From an uncultured Gammaproteobacteria bacterium (GTDB lineage Bacteria; Patescibacteriota; Patescibacteriia; UBA1558; S5-K13): a stretch of 64,000 nt of DNA. The stretch lies in the NCBI GenBank assembly GCA_964640635.1, contig CAZXFD010000002.1, forward strand, positions 26,153 through 90,152. The letters are read 5' to 3'. The position numbers and the translations under genes were made by a program. Below, one piece after another: positions 61,801 through 64,000 of the stretch. The notes under the pieces are model-generated. The model was given only the letters and a program-made list of their open reading frames with translations. It was not told the origin of the DNA and ran no database searches. The stretch's first letter is position 1. Each line of letters begins with the position of its first letter.

Positions 61801-63977
61801 GCAACTATTCCACTAGTAACCGCTAATTGTCCGTTTACTGTTGTGCTTGCAAAAGTAGCAATTCCATTTAATAGGATAGAATAATTATTTGCTAATATAG
61901 AATTATTACCAATTTCTAAATTATTATTAAATGTCGATACTCCATTAACTAATAAATTTGAAATTGTTGTAGATGCCAATGTGCTTGTTCCATTTACCGT
62001 TAGGTTTCCAGAAATTGTTCCACCACCTAATCCTAAATACATTGAACTAGCTGTAGCTACTGTTAAGTAATCTGCATCATTTGTCCATTGTCTAATTGTT
62101 GATGTTGCAAAATTTGAAACTGATAAGCTTGTTGAGACGGCAGACCAATATGGATCTGATTCTGTATATGATGTTAAGTATCCTGCGAGTGAATGGTCAC
62201 CCCAACTATATGCATCGTCCCAAAAAGATGAAGATGCTGAAACTATATTATATGACTCATTCCATTGTAATGAATTACCACCTATTACTGATATAAGATT
62301 TGATACATACAGATTTGTCCCTGTTGCAGATGTGAAGTTTAAGTCAGAAATAGTGGTTGAAGCAAATGTTAAATTCCCAAGAGTTGTATTTCCATTAATA
62401 ACTAAATTATTTAAAGTTGTTGTTCCACTGACTGTCAAGTCCGTAATTGTTGTTGTTGCAAGAGTGCTCGTTCCAGTTACGGTAAAATCTCCATCAACAA
62501 AAGATGAAGAAGCAACTCCAGTTCCAACTCCAACAGGATCTCCATTCCAATAAAGAATTCCGTTTATATTATAAAGTGTGTTTGCTGTAACAAGTGGCGT
62601 TGAAGATGCAATTGTAATTCCATTTTGCATCACACTAATTTCTGATGCAATTATATTTGCAAAAGTTGAAGTGCCACTTACTGTCAAATCATTACTTATG
62701 CTTGTTGTAGAAAGATTCGTTATTCCAGAGACTGCCAAATTTCCAGAAATATTTTGGTTGCCAGAAATATTTATAGCATTTGCAAATGTAACATTTCCAT
62801 TAAATATTACATCGTCTTCAAATCTAGCACGAGCTGTTACTATAACCCCTGCATTTGTATCGCTTGATACTGTAAGCGCATCTGAAACAGATAAGTTTTC
62901 TACTGCTAAAAAACGCGAAACGCTCAAATCCCGCATTAGAACTTGAGCTGTATATGTATTTGTATTAGTCCATGTATTATTTGACTCCAGTGACGCACCA
63001 TTTTGAATAATAGTTGTAGAACCACCACCTGACCCACTAGGTCCCATTGGACCCGCCGGACCAGTAGCACCAATATCTCCTTTTGCTCCTTTATCTCCTT
63101 TGGTGCCATTATTACCTGCAACTCCTCTTGGTCCCATTGGACCAGCAATACTAATTCCCTCAGATTTAACAACATTTTGAATAATTGTATCTCCATAACT
63201 ATTACTATAATAATTTTGAATAATAGGAGCATCTGGATTATATGAATAAAAATTTTGAGATTTTTCTAAATCTGCAAGATCAGTTATTGAATTTGCAAAG
63301 TTTTTCCAAAAAGCTAAATTTGCATTCTCACTTCTTTTTGTAAGTTGTATAGAAAATCTATAAGGACTCTGTCTATAAAAATTAATTTTATCTAAAATAT
63401 TTAAAACTATATTTGTCTGACTAAGCTTTACACCATTTTTAGAAAAAACTGATTCTTTCATTCCCAATACTCGAGATTTATTTTGATCGTTTTCTAGATT
63501 AGAGCTATAAGATAAAAATTTATTTTGTAATTTATTAACATTAACTTTTCCATTTTCAAGAACATTAAAATCTTCTGAAATTTTTACAAGATTATTTTTA
63601 TAAGAATCAATTTGATAATCAGATGAATTAAAAACAAAATATACTTGCTCTGGAGTTTCAATATATTTTGATTTTAGAGATTCATTAAACAAACCAACTT
63701 TCTCAAATAAATTTTCTAAATTATTTTTATAAGAATAAAAAAGTTTGTCTACTGCAACCTGAGTAGATTCTTTTATTGAGTTTTCATTTTTGGAGAAACT
63801 TGCAATTGCAAGGGGAGAAAAAGTTTTTGTGATAATAAGAATTGCAACAAGTGCAACAGAAAAATTTAGAGATCTAATAAATTGATCTAGGGAATAATTT
63901 TTATTAAATTTAAAAGTTGGTAATTTTTTATCTTGAGAGATTTTTGCAAAACTAATATTTCTAAAATTATTACCCAA
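43896..63977 (-). CDS. Giant (~6,693 aa or more) cell-surface fibre/adhesin-like protein: N-terminal signal anchor, collagen-like Gly-X-Y segment, very long Thr/Ser/Gly/Asn-rich beta-helical repeat array with tail-fibre-like motifs, a beta-propeller-like region, and C-terminal pectin-lyase-fold (PbH1) beta-helix domains
   Basis: A single uninterrupted 20,082-nt ORF. The annotated start is a TTG at 63977, but the frame stays open to the window edge, so the gene may begin beyond 64000. Also: TM LNFSVALVAILIITKTFSPLAIASF; GPMGPRGVAGNNGTKGDKGAKGDIGATGPAGPMGPSG; recurring NVGIGTTTPNAGLHIV...LTLGYDSSNYS modules; C-terminal GGD[FY]..I..A......[ST]....R[WY][LV]I.[IV]K.G.Y.E.[IV]TL and NNNRII...G.GI.I.N pectate-lyase-like turns. 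Confidence 0.85.
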   Translation of the reverse strand: MGNNFRNISFAKISQDKKLPTFKFNKNYSLDQFIRSLNFSVALVAILIITKTFSPLAIASFSKNENSIKESTQVAVDKLFYSYKNNLENLFEKVGLFNESLKSKYIETPEQVYFVFNSSDYQIDSYKNNLVKISEDFNVLENGKVNVNKLQNKFLSYSSNLENDQNKSRVLGMKESVFSKNGVKLSQTNIVLNILDKINFYRQSPYRFSIQLTKRSENANLAFWKNFANSITDLADLEKSQNFYSYNPDAPIIQNYYSNSYGDTIIQNVVKSEGISIAGPMGPRGVAGNNGTKGDKGAKGDIGATGPAGPMGPSGSGGGSTTIIQNGASLESNNTWTNTNTYTAQVLMRDLSVSRFLAVENLSVSDALTVSSDTNAGVIVTARARFEDDVIFNGNVTFANAINISGNQNISGNLAVSGITNLSTTSISNDLTVSGTSTFANIIASEISVMQNGITIASSTPLVTANTLYNINGILYWNGDPVGVGTGVASSSFVDGDFTVTGTSTLATTTITDLTVSGTTTLNNLVINGNTTLGNLTFASTTISDLNFTSATGTNLYVSNLISVIGGNSLQWNESYNIVSASSSFWDDAYSWGDHSLAGYLTSYTESDPYWSAVSTSLSVSNFATSTIRQWTNDADYLTVATASSMYLGLGGGTISGNLTVNGTSTLASTTISNLLVNGVSTFNNNLEIGNNSILANNYSILLNGIATFASTTVNGQLAVTSGIVATGTINLAGNIIASGDLQIQGNTTLQSLTYTSATGTTLALSSLTVSSTSNLAAISGTSLNISGSTNLNELTVASSTISNNFVVLGVTNLASTTISSLIVSGNTTTTGDQVVSGNLNVFGTTTLNNLAITGGLNLGNITIASTSITNLTFNSATGTNLNIDTLTFRNASGISVTSTNLFASILRAVNATIENTITALIGRFTNLESEHTTSTELVAGTATVTSSLTSLGITNLATTTLSSTTLTTLNFTSATGTNLYVSNLISVIGGNSLQWNESYNIVSASSSFWDDAYSWGDHSLAGYLTSYTESDPYWSAVSTSLSVSNFATSTIRQWTNDADYLTVATASSMYLGLGGGTISGNLTVNGTSTLASTTISNLLVNGVSTFNNNLEIGNNSILANNYSILLNGIATFASTTVNGQLAVTSGIVATGTINLAGNIIASGDLQIQGNTTLQSLTYTSATGTTLALSSLTVSSTSNLAAISGTSLNISGSTNLNELTVASSTISNNFVVLGFTNLASTTISQLSVTNSAYIGGNATITRTLFVVDNNTLYVDSVNHKVGIGTSSLVQALNVAGTIRTTDLAGEGLGNRCLYVSPDGDILAKSGDCGTATSTGDDFGTHIATQNIRLGNYWLSGDGGNEGIKVDSNGNVGVNVATPLARLNVGGTTEQLRLSYDVSNYSSFTVSSTGNLTIAPSGLNTYITGKLYASSDLIIGANATISAISGNIETVGSLSVVSTSTLGNIQISGSSIGLSGNANLLTLSNSGLNITGVVTSTNSYVTNNLIVGNNLNVFGTSTLASTSISNLTVTGLSTLATTTLSSTTVTGNFLVGTSLLFANVLNGRIGIGTTTPAFTLDVNGIVNAKDLYVNGSQYTGSQWTTFGNSIYYNSGNVGIGTTTPNAGLHIVTSTTQLTLGYDSSNYSTLSTNSSGDLVATSASGKILLGNTIVNISADGTNLFVGSDAGFGASSVSNSNFLGQYSGARAENAADSNFFGQYSGDRSTNASNSNFFGQAAGARAEYASNSNFFGQAAGAEATNASNSNFFGQAAGAEATNASNSNFLGYYAGSRAINASDSIFIGTNAGNNDGVDNTQNYGTSILIGRYTSTGGYSDSIAIGRGTANSAERQLNIGNVLYGTGIYNHDATNPTPIVGGRIGIGIEAPSSTLHVVSNSTTQFTLGYSESKYVTFGTNSFGDLRVTPNGGTTTLASNLFVTGTSNLQNLQVTNATTTGNLAVVGFTNLATTTINGNLTINGTVIGTGLFTSSTINNLVFANATGTQSLVVTGYTTLATTTLTRNVIPDMTGSVTTNVSLIMLGDETHQFKDIYTDELHLGPSSLYVNGKKVIQDNSNVMNFTTSPDQSLKVITSGNLGALGLESQHTISLNSSSTLSMNSKESISLLVPNDLDGKGISIQTNSSGGSITLSALDGSSQILSRAGLRIALTAPTIDLYGTTNIHGSLSVTGTITNATWGGNIIGVPYGGTGTTTFTSGGILLGNGTGEINATRVFANGELLIGDGTGAPTIGTLTQGSLISIVNGAGSIAINHAVSSALGQTNLGGTVIQSIALDNYGHISTISSTSLDNRYHTTSSADSLFVNVSGDTMTGNLIVDGTSDFATTTISNLIVDGGVTTTINGLLFNGLNIAVSGNSNLLTLSNTGIAIGGVVTSTGIYNSGALMVLGNTILASTTINGTLQVNGNATTTGNQVVLGFTNLVSTTIAGAVVINGTVTTTIGGDVNFDSNTLVIDSVNNRVGIGIANPALALEINGSIRVGANGYVSDTGGSRMGYLSSGVWGAYSPNADFRIRGYNGTSVTDVLYADTAGSTGFIGIGTTTPNYKLSVVSSSSTENLLQIATTTNQGIFVVNSDGNVGIGTTTPRFTLDVNGVVNATALYVNGSPYIGSQWTTNGASIYYNIGNVGIGTTTPNAGLHVVTTTTQLTLENSAGNYTNINTNANGFLTVSPSGASSTIVGSLRITSGLVVSGNATTSGNQIVSGNLNVSGISTLATTTIASLSLSGSLNDSTNSAGSDGMVLRSTGTSTQWVSTSTIVGGNALVNLNGLTSSAQNFATGTSGNIFNIVSSGSTHTFNMPIASSVNTGQLQNSDWSMFNNKLSGAGVANYLLRYVTATTTATSSVYDNGTIIGLGSRATITVSSGDITTLGTLSASGTLAVTGNATMHSDLRVVGTSTLGNVQITGNNIGLVGNADLLTLANSGLQIDGIVTSTQMYVSGNAVVAGTLFVSDGSSTTPSIAFIGDPDTGFYRYSDNTISITAGSNEAMRISDTQISMFNPVSFEAVGNVAIANDLIFTNSSASYIKSESALYVQTNSAYLDLNLVLSAANLGDVIVDDTLIVTGTSTLATTTINGTLVVNGNATTTGNQAVSGNLTVGGTINGSFISTSSTFTNLTFGSATGTNLYVSGNTSLASTSVAGTFDATGIISAFGGNSMNWNSAYGWGNHADAGYLLGSTASTIYLSLSTWFSTTTLPSNIVNSSLTGVGVLNSGSINTGFGTILTNNTITGSVINGTTGINTGADSGTQRIDASGNLVNIGTISSGLINGQTISSSANFTGTLTVVGTSTLATSTISQLAVTNGLNVSGFSILANLQVTNATTTGNLAVFGFTNLASTTITGSFILNGVDIGNGYFSSSTISNLAFTNATGTQSLVILGNTTLATTTVNGNAIFNGNTTTVVNNFLVGANDLFVNHSNGYVGIGTTTPSSALHILNANAQLKLGYDSLNYTNFQNSGGGLDIHTYAPAVNHPYTRFSFNSNDGLDIGSFSDINEGGFYEVNGDGVIAGFDYDDNRFVYGGRALTINLGDIGIGTSTPTSKLTVSGDTLLYGNATTTGNLVVSGFTKLASTTITGNLSITGNSTITGNQFISNNLQINNNLKVAAVLSVGDFITLDGQGGNITGASALVGNPYVGELYIGGDFYGDDLGLYDVSNDFMIAGKNYNTGIYQYGGAFSSSDGLFINNGNVGIGTSTPTSKLTVSGDALLYGNATTTGSHYINNLITESLNVSGVSMLDSLTVSNTVTTTNLIVTSTSTLGNMLIAGNNIGLSGNANLLTLLTSGLNISGVVTSTNSNVTNNLVVGNNLNVLGVSTLASTTVTGAFAVNTNQLYINPLNGYVGIGTTSPQYALDVYSSDNYLGQLRANHGIFGDRYTSNYVNVGYDILGGEIGMSWNVNDELIVGVNSAQTAYKFGGYSDDAGISVNINSGYIGIGTTTPLSRLTVSGDALLYGNGTTTGSYYIGSALNVSGLSTLANLQVTNATTTGNLAVLGITNLASTTITGSFILNGVDIGNGYFSSSTISNLAFTNATGTNSLVMLGNTTLASTTIAGSFSVNTNQLYVNPLNGYVGIGTVDPGNTLHVSSSDSIAARFTSFDSSRGGLYLGNNNSYSTDEFGLYDAGGDMPLVVYEASPDSMNDVIHYNNISVNPSTGNVGIGTTTPAFTLDVNGIVNATDLYVNGSKYIGSQWTSNGNSIYYNTGNVGIGTTTPNAGLHIVTSTTQLTLGYDSSNYSTLATDNYGNLVISPSGNMITFAPAAVDSVNIVGDIQGTGKNIIGLYSSTGDQVLAEINITDQTYTYGNGALLIDEANSNSLFSNNLIIGSGATITSTGIATFATTTVTGLIASNNGVSISSSTPIITTNTLYNLGGNLYWNGSAVGSGAESDPIWMAASSSYALLSGANFSGDISVGGRATITASSGDITTVGKISASGTLAVSGNVNLFSDLTVAGTSTFGNVQIAGNNIGLASNANLLTLSNNSISISGDLSVGGNATFTGNILPSADNIYTLGSDTNRWKDLYLGPNSINIGVAGNYALLGYSTTSNYLSFNPSGNGISQFVMTDTGYLGIGTTTPSQALTLNGNIQFDGDGNIMADTVVNFNTSINVGGTVTSSNGFAVGNTTVVNALGNISGDRVDEVVSGRSTYNSLNDRFNAITANYSSILSNASLFSDSFQTTTNVNTSNTTAAYNSMIGTIQNNTDAWTKIDINYGTGDNIRSISGTIVYGNKLYVATYGYGIKVLNLDTEAIVGQWTATSTPSLAQVNFTSIAYDYDRNDIYAGFYSAGPGLVKIDVDANTITTYTTANGLKSNTIGNQLGNVMQYYNGKVYLFPSGSYMQVFNVVSGTFTDYDNSPDSGLPSGSYYDVQAYGNELHISTSVGFYIWNMDTDTLVKRYYSNGPQGLYNYTNVIYSSWQDPDDSDIVWLSSASSWQKLSKTNGWQEFHRVDQEISLNTSLYWIRKIGGQLWFGGYSSYRPDGYLVYDLNAENYFVISGTQKILGNAIFTSSYHQRPLYYNGYYYFSIYAFADIYKSQLAYEASNIFETNVIVSSANNITSAKLTYSGGVGTGNSINWYLSADNGVHWEGPVTPNVLWEFTNIGTQVKAKAVMTAGVGTTPIIRGITVTAFDGDTWAGEGSNTVETEVLQARNSSSYGIFGSLDLRLEDIDTKISLAVTSTHTHDDRYLQVSGGTVSGSVIVSGNITSNNLYTSADSTYNLGTSTAYWLNTYSDNLYLNSTAYLSGTTAGAIAVNGNLGVGTSSPSSKLDVYVASPSANQRLFNIGTSGNASRFSVDAEGDYFYDGTGSSPSADYAEYFYTTNIDLVSGEVVCIDVSRNNSVIRCNRSSDTNIMGVVSTKPALLGNAKEEYRDNNNYKMIALLGQIPGRVSNENGNINPGDSLTSGSRSGYLMKANPGDSTVGIALESLSASEGSINVLISRRNKSLTVEQIESQITDRIANMEIEDEVAIMISNAIGSYNFASTTQILINDSLATVYSSLDQTSDTVAILADEINKLKGLDYKTNVWDFISDASSMGNLYQVNLQTANSYGFGDFNDIYVTGENATGYSIYNKLSTVYDGKAQTAFGNYTELQTSDEVDVNYGSYIVSASDSKAGTQIGQYINLNSASTTNWAIFVDNLGGKSYFGDNVLVGSEVPVLSWTEFNMTGDDLFVKGDIGIGGNMFVDGALSVKGNAEFLGDLLVIGDIYSSGSFKSSNSGYAQMMELTNSNFEYGDVVVLNEGNSVKLSDRANSSNILGIIAEKPAFISGNSETGKPIVTMGASLVNVTASNGLIKKGDYLTTSNEPGKAQKASKLGAGVIGIAMEDMEGGHDQIAISVQIGYFNNHVNTIEVAKTGGDFDNILSAMSSITDNSESKRYVINIKSGEYSETITLKPYVDVICENSSSTIIIGSSAPAVIGANNSRIENCSLKSIGSASNVSVVSIAGSGPVINNNRIISEVASGVGINIENTTAGKISPVISENEFIGSMSQGIVNFASDNDMIVMNNNIQNVTGSAIATLNGVITSSGNIFKGMLVDINIGENGKLFSTNDKFETLENIGTFIDFTGNGNKLAHYVIDGFMLESTSINSLVASLSSGEAYVNGTHISIKPIKQITLLPNVDNYIYISNLGEILVTSERSDENKVLLSTAKTDASSILAISNDRQNEVVVAKQGGDYTSISEALSKIKLNSANNRWLITVKPGIYNEQVTLIPFVDIVGSGRENTRITQINRPAVVAASKSSISNITLANYADEIGQEVVSINAVSVTSTEYDKFSFAMTNVLVDYNKSSFAPNYASSSAIKITSGLDNENLSSGSTSSVSLVDLKLNSVETRNADIAINWNLYDENWSATSTSRLLSHIDISNSRLSSNYSDIRTRAFTGDIISSTEYLETINAVSLISSSYNLYSGSNLSFDLGSGTKLTTSHDNYGKVVGSNALILNDFNRNVAQYDDLWVLQNNGSRIMSVNGNGNILMSPQNVALDSFSMSQNISSTTLTVVASENNIAANFFGRVVISPTLNASGTSSGIAELMFSSDGVISANGNKLQVGKSGDTVDLNVEGVAYILPDSAVRDTITAYVDVPRVDTRVWGNGENSWKPAEDIKILKLKAQYKCGDGGSITLRLEDKNNSELAIISGGNCSNGYANIESGDLNINLTSEDGMHVVVTQISGGGEESEGPSQLTITVEYVYRRDLASGNSNKNNN
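58590..58900. repeat. 51-bp tandem repeats (~6 units) inside the giant gene encoding the 17-aa repeat NSNFFGQAAGAEATNAS
   Basis: Units start at 58641, 58692 and 58743; adjacent units are nearly identical. The protein reads DSNFLGQYSGARAENAA / DSNFFGQYSGDRSTNAS / NSNFFGQAAGARAEYAS / NSNFFGQAAGAEATNAS x2 / NSNFLGYYAGSRAINAS. Confidence 0.8.
60217..62760. repeat. Tandem direct duplication of ~1,272 bp (two ~424-aa protein repeats) inside the giant gene, near-identical
   Basis: The identical antisense pseudo-ORFs 60824-61024 and 62096-62296, and 60259 vs 61531, are all offset by exactly 1272 nt. There is one visible substitution (VNPNTT vs VTPNTT). Confidence 0.8.
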
Positions 63978-64000
63978 GTCTGAAAATAATTTTTGTGACA

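Noticed and set aside
44374-62946. Dozens of 60-140-aa plus-strand ORFs (and minus-strand 58607-58945, 62936-63232) inside the giant gene, several in identical pairs
   Set aside because: They are antisense or alternate-frame readings of the low-complexity Thr/Ser/Gly/Asn repeat DNA. The identical pairs simply reflect the 1,272-bp duplication. None has an RBS or independent coding signal. The single 20-kb minus-strand frame explains the whole region.
1-64000. tRNA, rRNA, transposase, integrase or phage genes
   Set aside because: No intergenic segment showed cloverleaf-compatible tRNA features (GTTC/TTCGA T-loop with a matching acceptor stem). No rRNA-like conserved stretches were seen. No ORF has transposase or integrase motifs (DDE, tyrosine recombinase RxxR...HxxR...Y). 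The GC-rich repeats lack any ORF.
1-64000. Alternative genetic code (code 25/4, UGA=Gly/Trp) as in Gracilibacteria or Absconditabacteria
   Set aside because: Very long ORFs (20 kb, 5.8 kb, 3.2 kb, 2.9 kb) are intact under the standard code and known proteins terminate at the expected lengths, so code 11 fits.

Overview
This 64 kb window is AT-rich and reads cleanly under the standard genetic code; almost every gene lies on the minus strand. The gene content suggests a small-genome, Patescibacteria/CPR-like bacterium, but this is inference only. The evidence is a minimal fermentative module (GAPDH, a three-subunit 2-oxoacid:ferredoxin oxidoreductase, acetate kinase and PduL phosphotransacylase), scattered housekeeping genes (pyrBI, gatB, argS, ileS, tgt, rplY, recO) and an unusually large investment in cell-surface and glycosylation genes. 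About a third of the window (43896..63977, possibly running past the window edge) is one gene for a ~6,700-aa surface-fibre-like protein. It carries an N-terminal membrane anchor, a collagen-like Gly-X-Y tract, hundreds of Thr/Ser/Gly/Asn-rich beta-strand repeats with tail-fibre-like GIGTTTP motifs, a recent 1,272-bp tandem duplication, 51-bp tandem repeats and a C-terminal pectin-lyase-type beta-helix. It is followed by a DUF2341 plus triple LamG lectin protein. A second block (7406..23394) is a glycosyltransferase operon (GT4, GT4, GT2 x3, a Wzy_C/O-antigen-ligase-like membrane protein) that encloses a 1,921-aa cytoplasmic protein made of ~25-30 copies of a 39-40-aa helical repeat. Divergent from this block is a translationally coupled trio: an AmmeMemoRadiSam-type radical SAM enzyme, a secreted 475-aa protein where AMMECR1 would normally sit, and a degenerate Memo-like protein. 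Other non-coding signals are a promoter-to-terminator ~230-nt sRNA candidate with two CCUCCUCC motifs, a family of GC-rich ~80-bp intergenic repeats, perfect GC palindromes flanking argS, and a MerR-HTH-only regulator with a palindromic operator. I found no rRNA, tRNA, CRISPR array, transposase or integrase.
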